From contig CALVOX010000001.1 in the NCBI GenBank assembly GCA_944350425.1, positions 106,212 through 170,211 of the forward strand: a stretch of DNA of 64,000 bases, in the 5' to 3' direction. The notes under the pieces were generated by a model. The model did no database searches. It had not been told where the DNA came from and was given only the letters and a program-made list of their open reading frames with translations. This DNA is from an uncultured Bacilli bacterium. GTDB lineage: Bacteria; Bacillota_I; Bacilli_A; RFN20; CAG-826. Position numbers and translations under genes: made by a program. Below, piece by piece: positions 19,876-29,040 of this stretch (positions are counted from its first letter, which is position 1; every line of letters starts with the position of its first letter).

Positions 19876-21001
19876 TGTTTAATTTAGCACGCGTTGTAAA
19901 AACGTATGTCCCCCTTGGTACGTAAACTCTAAATGTTTGACTATTACCTTTGAATTGCATCCAGCCTAAACCTAAAATACCTAAGTCTCTTTCGCCTTTT
20001 TCTTCAACAAAAAAATCATAGACATCAAAATTAGTTAAATCTCTAAATTTGAAGCAAGTATTCTTTTGATCGCCATTTTTCAAAATGCTGTTAAAGAATT
20101 TTAAAGCATCACCTCTTTTAGTTTTGACATCAATTTTAGGTGAGAAATAGCAATTTAAAACAGTTTTTTCACCATCAGTTAATTCTACAAAGCAAATTCC
20201 ACCAATAGCTAAAGAAACCTTCTCACTAATTGTTATTTTTCTATTTTCAACTGATTTTTTTGGAACAATATAATTAGAAATAGGCTTATCTAAAATATTA
20301 ATTAAAGAGTTATTAATTGGAAAACCAGGAACTTCGTAAATATAATTTTTAGTTCCTATAGGAATTCTAAATCCTCTTAAAGATGTCTCAGGGAATGTAT
20401 ATGTAACTATCATTCTTCCGGTTGTATTATTAAAATTCTTAAGAATTTCACTAATTAAAGATGATTTACCACTATTTTGAGAACCTAAGAAATAAACATT
20501 TCTATGATTTCTAGTTTCCGCAATTAAATCTCTAAGTTTATCAATGTTATAGTTAGTATTGGATGAAGTTAAAATAACATCTTTAACATTGAGTTTAGCC
20601 ATCCTTAAACGGTGGCTTACATATTCTTTAAGTTGTCTTTCTTCGCTTTTTAAAGGCATTAAATCAACTTTATTTGCAACAGCTATAACATCTAAATCAG
20701 AAAGTAATTCTGTTACATTAGAGGAGAAACCTCCTTCAAAAGAGAATATATCTAAAACATAGATGATTAAAGAATTAGATTTTTTAATTGATTCTAAAAC
20801 TTTAATAAAATCATTATCTAAGATAATTTCATTCTTTTCTTGTTTAACTTCGTTAAAACAAGAATCACAAAGAAGTATGCCGTCAGGATATTTTTTTAAA
20901 ATTAAAGGCGTAATATAGCCACTTTGAGTTGGGTCTTCAGTTTGTAAAATTGAACCACAACGGGAACATCTTTTAACTTTTTTTAAAATTGACATAAACA
21001 T
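19865..21001 (-). CDS. yqeH: Ribosome-biogenesis GTPase YqeH (circularly permuted GTPase)
   Basis: N-terminal Zn-ribbon CSRCGSILQ...C..CF. G-motifs appear in permuted order (NKVDL ... GSQNSGKSSL). Confidence 0.75.
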   Translation of the reverse strand: MFMSILKKVKRCSRCGSILQTEDPTQSGYITPLILKKYPDGILLCDSCFNEVKQEKNEIILDNDFIKVLESIKKSNSLIIYVLDIFSFEGGFSSNVTELLSDLDVIAVANKVDLMPLKSEERQLKEYVSHRLRMAKLNVKDVILTSSNTNYNIDKLRDLIAETRNHRNVYFLGSQNSGKSSLISEILKNFNNTTGRMIVTYTFPETSLRGFRIPIGTKNYIYEVPGFPINNSLINILDKPISNYIVPKKSVENRKITISEKVSLAIGGICFVELTDGEKTVLNCYFSPKIDVKTKRGDALKFFNSILKNGDQKNTCFKFRDLTNFDVYDFFVEEKGERDLGILGLGWMQFKGNSQTFRVYVPRGTYVFTTRAKLNNVK

Positions 21002-21512
21002 CCCTCCAATTTTGACATATTTTGCTGTTTTTTAGGGCTTTTTTATATTTTAATTCCCTTTTTTTATTTAATCTAGTAACAAAGGCATTACTAGATACAA
21101 TTTCTTTTGTATAAATTGATTTTATACCAAGATAATTAGCGCATTTAATATCAGTAAGTAATTGATCTCCTATAAAAATAGTTTTATCAGCAGTAATATG
21201 ATTTTTTATCATATATTTTCTGATTTTAAAGGTAAAAGGCTTAAAAGCTCGAGATACATAACTTACTTTTAATATTTTAGCATATTTTGAAACTCTTTTT
21301 TCAGAATTATTACTAATAATTACTAACGAAATATTATTTGCTTTTAATTTTTTTATAAGTTCAATTGTTTTAGATGATGGTACCTTTAAAAGATAAGAAT
21401 CCAACGTATTATCTAAATCGGCAAAGATATATCTCACATTGAAATGTTTATAAAAATCAACGTCAATTTCGTAAATATTATCAGCTAAAAAGTTTGGCTT
21501 AATAGTCCTCAT
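20973..21512 (-). CDS. yqeG: HAD-superfamily phosphatase YqeG
   Basis: The FADLDNTL DxD motif near the N-terminus and the conserved yqeG-yqeH arrangement. Confidence 0.65.
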   Translation of the reverse strand: MRTIKPNFLADNIYEIDVDFYKHFNVRYIFADLDNTLDSYLLKVPSSKTIELIKKLKANNISLVIISNNSEKRVSKYAKILKVSYVSRAFKPFTFKIRKYMIKNHITADKTIFIGDQLLTDIKCANYLGIKSIYTKEIVSSNAFVTRLNKKRELKYKKALKNSKICQNWRDVYVNFKKS

Positions 21513-21656
21513 TGATAAAATTATAAAACATACAAGGTTTAAAATAAAGGGGGTTTATAATACTCGTTTTTAACTAAATTATTACTAAATAACGACTTAT
21601 AGAAACCTATATCTAAATTATATTTTATTTTTGACATTTTAAGATATAATTCTAGT

Positions 21657-21869
21657 ATGAACTCAAATAAAACAAACACTATATCGCGATTATTCATATT
21701 ACTTAGTTTCTTATTTATGATGTTTTTTCCTATTCTTTCGTTTCCTTTTTCAATTGCTTCTTTAACACTATCAATAAAAATAAAAGATAGAGATATGCTT
21801 TACAATTTAATCGCTTCAATTGTATCGCTAGTTTGCTCTATCTTATTAATAATAATCGCTTTTATTTAA
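21657..21869 (+). CDS. Possible small two-TM membrane protein (70 aa); the coding status is doubtful.
   Basis: The ORF is hydrophobic. Its stop abuts the parC stop with zero spacing and there is no clear RBS. A TTGACA -35-like hexamer lies upstream. Confidence 0.2.
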   Translation: MNSNKTNTISRLFILLSFLFMMFFPILSFPFSIASLTLSIKIKDRDMLYNLIASIVSLVCSILLIIIAFI

Positions 21870-24446
21870 TTAATCGCCTAAATCATCAAATAAAGAAATT
21901 TGTTCATAGTGAGAATCATCTTCGTTATTCTCGCTATTTTTATTATCTTTTTCTATTACATTTTCTTCATAGACTTTGAAATCATTATTAACTACTTCTG
22001 CATCAAAATTAAAAACTGTTGCAATTACTTTATCATTGCTTATTGAATCGATGTTTTTCTTACAATATTTTTCAACAGGTGTTAAATGAAAATCATCAAT
22101 AGTTATATTAAATATCGATTTATCATCTAATAATCCAATGAAATTAATCTTTTCTTCCTTATTTTTAATTTCTTTATAAGAAACTAGAGAATGAGGATCA
22201 GATTTAAATGATTTAAAGACTACTTGAGTAGCTCCAAGTCTAGAAGTAAGGTTTAAATAAGACGTATCAAAAACACGATACATTTCGTGATTTGTTAAGA
22301 AAAGTAATTTCTTTTTTTCACCATTAGTAATTGGAATTAAATATTTTAAATATGAACCTCTTAAAGTTGAAATCGCTTTTACACCGCCACTTTTTATACC
22401 AGTTTTAGAAATTTCGTTTTCATTAAAATAAGTTCCAACACCATTTTCGGTAATTATAAATAAATTTGAATTATTGTTTAAAACCGCAACATCAACAAGT
22501 TCATCATTACTCGATAGTTTCATACAAGAGATAGGTTTAGAATATCTTTGAACTTCGAAATCTTTTAACTTAGATTTTTTAATTTGACCAAGCTTTGAAA
22601 TCAACCCTATAGATGCATTTACATTAAAATCTTCGACAACAATCGCTTTAATTATAAATTCACTTAATGAAAGATTAACTAAATAGTTTATATGTTTTCC
22701 TTCGTCTTTCCATCTATTTTCAATAATTTCATGTACTGGAATGAACATATAATTACCTAAATTTGTGAAAGCAAGAACATAATCGGTAGTATTAACAATT
22801 TGTGATAAAACTATTGAGTCGCCATCTTTTAAGCCCGGGAGTTGACCTTCACAAGCTTTATAAGATTTAATCGAACTTCTTTTAATGTATCCATCATGCG
22901 TTAAAACAAGATAAACACTTTCTTTCATAATTAAATCTCGTTTATTAATTGAAGCGACTTTTTGCTTAGTTGATATTTCAGTTCTTCTATCACCGTTGAA
23001 AGTTTTTATAGCTTCTTCTTCAAAAGAAATTAAATAATCATTAAATTTATTTTTATTTGATAATAAAATATTAATCTTTTTAATTAGATGTTCTAGTTCG
23101 TTTTTTTCATCAATATAAATTTGAACATCAGTATGAGAAAGTTTATAAAGTCTAATATTTAAAATAGCTTCAGCTTGTTCATAAGAAAAAGAGTAAGTTT
23201 TAATTAGTTTATTACGTGCATCTTCTTTATTTTTGCTTTTTCTAATTAAATCAACAATTTCATCAATTATTGAAACAGCTTTAATAAGACCTTCAACAAT
23301 ATGTAGCCTGCTTTCTGCTTTTTGAAGATCAAATTGTAAGGATCTTATATTAATATCAGATAAAAATTTAATATAAATATCAAGATATTCAAGCAAACTC
23401 AAAGTTTTAGGGTGATTATCACAAATAGCAACTATATTAGCATTGTAATTTATCTTTAATTGAGTTTTATTGAACAAATATTGGATGATAACATCTTTAT
23501 TAGCGCCTTTTTTTAATTCAATTAAAATTTCAATATTATCGCCACTTGATAAGTCTTTTACATCATTAATTCCATCAACTTCCCTATCTTTTCTAATCTT
23601 ATCAATAGAGTAAACAAGGACTTGTTTTTCAACTCCGAAAGGTATTTCGTTAATAATTATTTCTGTAGAATCACTTTTTTCATTAATGATATACTTACTT
23701 GCTAATTCGAATTTTCCTCTTCCGGTTTCATAAATTTGTTTTATACCATTATCATCGTAAATAACACCGCCCGTTGGAAAATCTGGTCCTTTAACAAATT
23801 CTAATATTTCATCTAAAGAACAATTAGGATTTTTAATTCGATGAATTACTGCATTGCACATTTCTTTTAAGTTATGAGGAGGTATTTTCGTAGCTAAGCC
23901 AACAGCAATTCCTTCACTACCATTAATAAAAAGATTTGGAACATAAGAAGGTAAAACTAAAGGCTCGTATTCCTCATCTGAGAAATTAAGTGTGAAATCG
24001 ATACACTTTTTATCGATATTTTTGATTAATAATTCAGAATACTTTGATAATCTAGCTTCAGTATAACGATATGCAGCGGGTGAATCACCGTCAATAGAAC
24101 CATTATTTCCTTGGAAATCAATCATTGGAACAGACATTTTCCAATCTTGAGACATTCTTGCTAGAGCATCATAAATTGATGAGTCACCATGAGGATGGAA
24201 TCGACCCATAACATCACCAACGATTTTCGCACATTTTTTAGTAGGATATTCATAAAAATTTTTATTCGTATACATCGAATAAATAATTCTTCTTTGAACA
24301 GGTTTAAGACCATCTTTTGCATCAGGTATTGCTCTATCTTGAATAACATATTTTGCAAACACTGAAAAACGGTCACTCATCAAATCATCTAATGATTGAG
24401 TAACAATATTTTCTGCTATCTCTTTAATCTCTTTTTTACTTGCCAT
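21870..24446 (-). CDS. parC: Type IIA topoisomerase subunit A, most likely topoisomerase IV ParC. It has no GyrA-box.
   Basis: Catalytic-region RFHPHGD motif and a breakage-reunion domain. I found no QRRGGKG GyrA-box in the C-terminal domain. The plsY/yneF neighbourhood matches the B. subtilis parE-parC locus. Confidence 0.65.
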   Translation of the reverse strand: MASKKEIKEIAENIVTQSLDDLMSDRFSVFAKYVIQDRAIPDAKDGLKPVQRRIIYSMYTNKNFYEYPTKKCAKIVGDVMGRFHPHGDSSIYDALARMSQDWKMSVPMIDFQGNNGSIDGDSPAAYRYTEARLSKYSELLIKNIDKKCIDFTLNFSDEEYEPLVLPSYVPNLFINGSEGIAVGLATKIPPHNLKEMCNAVIHRIKNPNCSLDEILEFVKGPDFPTGGVIYDDNGIKQIYETGRGKFELASKYIINEKSDSTEIIINEIPFGVEKQVLVYSIDKIRKDREVDGINDVKDLSSGDNIEILIELKKGANKDVIIQYLFNKTQLKINYNANIVAICDNHPKTLSLLEYLDIYIKFLSDINIRSLQFDLQKAESRLHIVEGLIKAVSIIDEIVDLIRKSKNKEDARNKLIKTYSFSYEQAEAILNIRLYKLSHTDVQIYIDEKNELEHLIKKINILLSNKNKFNDYLISFEEEAIKTFNGDRRTEISTKQKVASINKRDLIMKESVYLVLTHDGYIKRSSIKSYKACEGQLPGLKDGDSIVLSQIVNTTDYVLAFTNLGNYMFIPVHEIIENRWKDEGKHINYLVNLSLSEFIIKAIVVEDFNVNASIGLISKLGQIKKSKLKDFEVQRYSKPISCMKLSSNDELVDVAVLNNNSNLFIITENGVGTYFNENEISKTGIKSGGVKAISTLRGSYLKYLIPITNGEKKKLLFLTNHEMYRVFDTSYLNLTSRLGATQVVFKSFKSDPHSLVSYKEIKNKEEKINFIGLLDDKSIFNITIDDFHLTPVEKYCKKNIDSISNDKVIATVFNFDAEVVNNDFKVYEENVIEKDNKNSENNEDDSHYEQISLFDDLGD

Positions 24447-24449
24447 ATA

Positions 24450-26411
24450 TTATTCTCTTTCTTTAACAAAGTCGTCTTTTTCATTAAAGTCGACATATTC
24501 TTCTAACCATATTCTTCTTTTTTCTGGATTATCACCCATCAAAATATTAATTTTATTTGCACAAACCAAAGGATCATTAATACAAACTTTCATTAAAACA
24601 CGATGTTCTTTATCCATTGTGGTGTATTTAAGTTGTTTATCGCTCATTTCACCAAGACCTTTATATCTATTGACAGAATATCCAGACCCTATTTCTTTCT
24701 TCGCTTCTTCTAAATCATCATCGTTAAAGCAATATTTCTCAATAATCTTTCCATTACTTTTTTTATAAACACGGTATAAAGGAGGAACGGCAACGAAAAC
24801 ATGACCTTCCTTAATTAATTCATTCATATTGTTGTAAAAGAATGTTAAAAGTAAGGTTTGAATATGCGCTCCATCTGTATCGGCATCGGTCATGATAATA
24901 ATCTTATCATAATGAATATCATTAATATCAAAGTCAGGACCAATTCCTGCACCAATCGTATAAACAATGGTTGCAAACTCTTGGTTTTGCATAATCTTTT
25001 TGATACTTAGACCATCTGTATTCAAAGGTTTCCCTCTTAAAGGCAATATTGCTTGGTACCTTGGATCACGTCCTTTTTTAGCTGTACCACCAGCAGAATC
25101 TCCTTCAACAATAAAAAGTTCGTTTTTCTTATAATCCTTAGATTGTGCTGGAGTTAATTTATCAGATAAGATAATTTGATTCTTACTTTTATTTCTTTTA
25201 GTTCTAGCTTCTTCCTTTGCTATTCTAGCAGCAATTCTAGCTTCATAAGAATCTTGACATTTTTTTACTAAAGAAACAGCAAAGTTTTTATTTTCATTAA
25301 GATAATAAGTAAATCTAGAATAAATAAAATTATTTACTATTTGTTGAACGGTTGCCGATCCTAATTTAGCTTTTGTTTGGCCTTCAAATTCAAGGATATT
25401 CTCGGGAATTCTACAAGAAATAATTGCCACAATTCCTTCTCTAATATCAGGGCCTTCAAGTTTAACTTTACTTTTTCCTAAATCATTAGCTTCAATATAA
25501 TCATTTACTGCTCTTGTTAAACCAAGTTTGAAACCAATTTCGTGTGTTCCACCTTCAATAGTTCTAACATTATTTACATAGCTTCTAATATTTTCAGAAT
25601 AATTATCATAAAAATATTGGAAAGCAATCTCTACTTTAACACCATCTACCTCGTCTTCGAAATATATTTCATCACCAAGAGATTTTTTTCCTTCGCTTAA
25701 TTCACCGATGAATTCTTTAATTCCATTTTCATAATAAAAATGATTTTTCTTATTATCTCTTTCATCGTATAAATAAAAATGAACTCTCTTTAATAAAAAA
25801 GCTGATTCTTGTAAATGATTTGCTATTCTTTCATAAGAAAATTCAGTTGTTTTAAAGATTTTCGAATCAGGTTTAAATGTTATTGTTGTACCATGCTTAG
25901 CTGTTTCACCTAAAACCTTAAGTGGCGTTTTAATTTTTCCGCCATTTTCAAAAGAAATATTATATATCTTCCCGTCTTTATAAGATGTAGCTTCTAAGTA
26001 TGATGAAAGAGCATTAGTAACACTACTTCCGACACCATGTAATCCACCACTTGATTTGTAGGCATTGCTATTAAATTTACCACCACTATGTAAAGTTGTT
26101 AAAAGCAATTGAATTGCAGGTAATCCTGTTTTTTTATGTATATCACAAGGTATGCCTCTACCTTCATCAGATATAGTAATCGAACCATCTTTATGAATAG
26201 TTACTGTTATTTTGTTTCCAAAACCATTTAAAGCTTCGTCGATAGAATTATCGACAATTTCCCAAACTAAATGGTGAAGACCATAAGTATCGGTTGAACC
26301 GATATACATACCAGGTCTTTTTCTAACGGCTTCAAGGCCTTCTAAAAGTTCAATATTTGATGCGTTATAAACTGTATTTATTTCACTCATAAGTATCATA
26401 TATTTTACCAA
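24450..26411 (-). CDS. parE: Type IIA topoisomerase subunit B, most likely topoisomerase IV ParE
   Basis: GHKL ATPase, Toprim (EGDSAGG) and the PLRGK motif. It lies 3 nt upstream of parC. Confidence 0.65.
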   Translation of the reverse strand: MVKYMILMSEINTVYNASNIELLEGLEAVRKRPGMYIGSTDTYGLHHLVWEIVDNSIDEALNGFGNKITVTIHKDGSITISDEGRGIPCDIHKKTGLPAIQLLLTTLHSGGKFNSNAYKSSGGLHGVGSSVTNALSSYLEATSYKDGKIYNISFENGGKIKTPLKVLGETAKHGTTITFKPDSKIFKTTEFSYERIANHLQESAFLLKRVHFYLYDERDNKKNHFYYENGIKEFIGELSEGKKSLGDEIYFEDEVDGVKVEIAFQYFYDNYSENIRSYVNNVRTIEGGTHEIGFKLGLTRAVNDYIEANDLGKSKVKLEGPDIREGIVAIISCRIPENILEFEGQTKAKLGSATVQQIVNNFIYSRFTYYLNENKNFAVSLVKKCQDSYEARIAARIAKEEARTKRNKSKNQIILSDKLTPAQSKDYKKNELFIVEGDSAGGTAKKGRDPRYQAILPLRGKPLNTDGLSIKKIMQNQEFATIVYTIGAGIGPDFDINDIHYDKIIIMTDADTDGAHIQTLLLTFFYNNMNELIKEGHVFVAVPPLYRVYKKSNGKIIEKYCFNDDDLEEAKKEIGSGYSVNRYKGLGEMSDKQLKYTTMDKEHRVLMKVCINDPLVCANKINILMGDNPEKRRIWLEEYVDFNEKDDFVKERE

Positions 26412-26467
26412 ATTTTCGTTACTTTTTTAAGTAGTATTTAATTTGAAAATCTATTAGAATAATTAAC

Positions 26468-27250
26468 ATGATTTACGTTTATAGAATTTTGATTTTAATA
26501 GGATTATTCCTTGTTGGATATATATTCGGTTCAATTCCAAATGGAATAATAATAGGGAAAATTTTTTATAAAAAAGATCCGCGAAATTATGGGTCACACA
26601 ACACTGGTGGAACTAATGTTGGTCGATCTTTTTCTAAAGTAGCAGGTGCTGCAACAATTGTTCTAGATGCCTTAAAACTAATGATTCCTTATCTTGCTGC
26701 ATATTATTTATTTAAATATTATGAACCAATATGCACTTTGATGGATTCAACATATAATAGTAATGAATTAGTATATAGTTGGTATGGTTTCGGTAATTCA
26801 TTAATTCAATTAGCTATTGCTTTAGTACCTTTCGGAGCAATTATAGGTCATAGTTCAAGCATATTTTTGAAGTTTAAAGGCGGAAAAATTGTAGCTTGTT
26901 TTGTTGGTTATATGCTTCTATCTACTTATCTTGCAGTACCTATTTTTATTGTATTATTTTTTATCGTATTATTTAAAACTAAATATGTTAGTCTATCTTC
27001 AATAATTATGGCATCATCATTTATGATATTTTCTTGGATAGTTTATATAGTATTTATTTCCACTAGCAGTCAAGAAATTGCTTCATACTTAATGTGGTTT
27101 AATCTAACTCCTTCTATTTCGATTTTCTTCCCTATATTATCTAGTTTTGGAGCATTATTATTAATTTATAGACATAAAGAAAATATCAAAAGATTAAAAA
27201 ACGGAACCGAATCTAAAGTTAAATGGGTCGATCAAATTAATCAAAAGTAA
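26468..27250 (+). CDS. plsY: Glycerol-3-phosphate acyltransferase PlsY, with a C-terminal extension of about 50 aa
   Basis: The GSHNTGGTNVGR motif is present and the protein is multi-TM. Confidence 0.8.
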   Translation: MIYVYRILILIGLFLVGYIFGSIPNGIIIGKIFYKKDPRNYGSHNTGGTNVGRSFSKVAGAATIVLDALKLMIPYLAAYYLFKYYEPICTLMDSTYNSNELVYSWYGFGNSLIQLAIALVPFGAIIGHSSSIFLKFKGGKIVACFVGYMLLSTYLAVPIFIVLFFIVLFKTKYVSLSSIIMASSFMIFSWIVYIVFISTSSQEIASYLMWFNLTPSISIFFPILSSFGALLLIYRHKENIKRLKNGTESKVKWVDQINQK

Positions 27251-27270
27251 TTAATTATTATAAGCAAATT

Positions 27271-27306
27271 AAAAAGGATGAAGTAATAAATGCTTCATCC
27301 TTTTTA
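27271..27306. terminator. Bidirectional terminator between plsY (+) and yneF (-)
   Basis: aggatgaag-(9-nt loop)-cttcatcct hairpin flanked by A5 upstream and T5 downstream. Confidence 0.6.
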
Positions 27307-27310
27307 TTAA

Positions 27311-27532
27311 CTATTGATTATTTTTCATGCTGTTCATTACAGCTTTAATTTGAGCTTCAGAAGGTTTTCTTCCCATTTGCATGAACATTGCTCTAATCAT
27401 TTTTTCATTAATTGGTGGATTTTTTTGCAATTGTTTTTTAATAAAGAATCTTGCTACAAAGAATCCAATGACAAAACCAACTATTAAAACTAGGATTAAA
27501 TACAATACTAATAGCCAAATTTGAATTTCCAT
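27311..27532 (-). CDS. yneF: UPF0154 small membrane protein YneF
   Basis: One N-terminal TM segment followed by QKNPPINE...MFMQMGRKPSE, the hallmark of the UPF0154/YneF family. Its location near plsY and parE-parC matches B. subtilis. Confidence 0.65.
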   Translation of the reverse strand: MEIQIWLLVLYLILVLIVGFVIGFFVARFFIKKQLQKNPPINEKMIRAMFMQMGRKPSEAQIKAVMNSMKNNQ

Positions 27533-27544
27533 AATTTGTTAAGC

Positions 27545-28102
27545 CTATGCTCTTCCATCATATTCGCCGGTATCAGTACGAACAAGAACTTCTTCATCTT
27601 GTCCAACGAACAATGGAACTTTAACAACTAAGCCAGTTTCAAGTTCAGCATCTTTCATAGCTTTGTTGACAGAATCACCTCTGACTGCTGGTTCTGTATG
27701 AACGATTTTTAAAGCAACTTTAGCTGGGAGATTAATACCTAAGATTTCATCTTCATAAGTAACAATTTCAACTTCTGAATTTTCTTTTAAGAATTTCTTT
27801 TCCCAATCAAGTCTTGCTTCAGGGATTTCAACTTGTTCATATGTGCTTTGATCCATAAAAACTAAGAAATCGCCACTATCATATAAATAAGTCATTTTTT
27901 TCTTATCTAATCTAATAGGATCAACTTGATAACCACTGTTTGCGCTCATTTCAGTAATTGCACCAGTTCTTAAATTCTTGACTTTAACTTTAGCAACCAT
28001 TTTTCTCATAGCTGTTTTATTAAGTAAGATATCAAGAACAAGATAGATATTTCCTTGATCTTCAAAATAATTTCCAGGTCTTAATTCAGTAACGTTAATC
28101 AT
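27545..28102 (-). CDS. efp: Elongation factor P. I trimmed the start to the RBS-supported ATG at 28102.
   Basis: MINVTELRPG...KNLRTGAITE matches the EF-P KOW/OB domains. The RBS AAAGGAG lies 7 nt upstream of the ATG at 28100-28102. Confidence 0.8.
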   Translation of the reverse strand: MINVTELRPGNYFEDQGNIYLVLDILLNKTAMRKMVAKVKVKNLRTGAITEMSANSGYQVDPIRLDKKKMTYLYDSGDFLVFMDQSTYEQVEIPEARLDWEKKFLKENSEVEIVTYEDEILGINLPAKVALKIVHTEPAVRGDSVNKAMKDAELETGLVVKVPLFVGQDEEVLVRTDTGEYDGRA

Positions 28103-28748
28103 TTCCACTCTCCTTTAAATAATAATTATTATTATTAAGTTCATTTTTTAAAGTTGTAATCTCCCCATGTCCTGGGTAAATATTAAGATTTTCATCTAAA
28201 GTTTTTAATTTTTTTAAACTTTGAGAAATTAATCTTGATTTTCCTGTTGGAAGATCGCTTCTACCAATGCTTCCTTTAAACAAAGTATCGCCGGTAAAAA
28301 GAGCATTTTCGTTTTTAATCAAAAAGCAAACACTTCCATCAGTATGAAATGGGGTTGCGATAACTTTTACATAATATTTATTTATAAAATTAATCTCATC
28401 TTCGTCACTTAGTAAATAAATATTATCAAGGTCAATTATAACATTTTCCCCGCACATCTTAGAACAATTTAATCTTGTATCAGAAAACAATTTAAAATCA
28501 TCTTCATGAATAAATACCGTTGCATTATATTGTTCTAAGAATTTCTTAAGACCTTTAAAATGATCAAAATGACCGTGAGTTAACAATACGCCCAAACAAC
28601 TTGTGTGATTTTCTTTTATATAATCAACGATCCTTGAAGAAAGTGTACCAATATCAATTAATAAACATGGTCCGCCTTTTTCTCCGACTACATAAGAGTT
28701 AGAGCAAAGTTCATCTGGTATGTTGTCAAAACGAAAGGTCTTAACCAT
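28095..28748 (-). CDS. Metallo-beta-lactamase-fold hydrolase (glyoxalase II-like)
   Basis: HGHFDH zinc-binding motif. Length 217 aa. Confidence 0.6.
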   Translation of the reverse strand: MVKTFRFDNIPDELCSNSYVVGEKGGPCLLIDIGTLSSRIVDYIKENHTSCLGVLLTHGHFDHFKGLKKFLEQYNATVFIHEDDFKLFSDTRLNCSKMCGENVIIDLDNIYLLSDEDEINFINKYYVKVIATPFHTDGSVCFLIKNENALFTGDTLFKGSIGRSDLPTGKSRLISQSLKKLKTLDENLNIYPGHGEITTLKNELNNNNYYLKESGND

Positions 28749-28754
28749 AAAAAA

Positions 28755-28916
28755 CTATTTCTTTTCTTTGAAAACTTGAACTTTTTGGCAATGTGGACAA
28801 TATTTTTTCTTTTCTAATCTATCAGGATTGTTCTTTTTGTTTTTACTTGTAATGTATTGTTCTTCGCCACAAACTGTGCATTTTAAGATGACGCTGTTAC
28901 GATTGTTTCCTTTCAT
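28755..28916 (-). CDS. rpmG: 50S ribosomal protein L33. The track ORF is 5'-extended; the RBS supports an internal start.
   Basis: The Zn-ribbon CTVCGEE...CPHC and [16 protein letters not shown] match L33. The RBS GAGGTGA precedes the ATG at 28916. Confidence 0.75.
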   Translation of the reverse strand: MKGNNRNSVILKCTVCGEEQYITSKNKKNNPDRLEKKKYCPHCQKVQVFKEKK

Positions 28917-29040
28917 TTTATTCACCTCGCTTTTCGAATCAATTGATTTTATCACAACAATGGATTATTTTCAAAAAAATCTCTATAATTATTGAAACTT
29001 TTTATACAAATTAATATTTTAAAATTTTTGAGGTAAGCAA

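Noticed and set aside
20559-20762. 67-aa + strand ORF inside yqeH
   Set aside because: It is antisense to the conserved GTPase coding region.
24161-24376. 71-aa ORF inside parC on the same strand in a different frame
   Set aside because: It is an out-of-frame overlap within a conserved topoisomerase gene.
28095-28108. Apparent 14-nt overlap of efp with the upstream MBL-hydrolase gene at a non-ATG start
   Set aside because: The first codon of the track ORF is GTG. The RBS AAAGGAG supports the ATG at 28102, which reduces the overlap to 8 nt, and I used that start instead.
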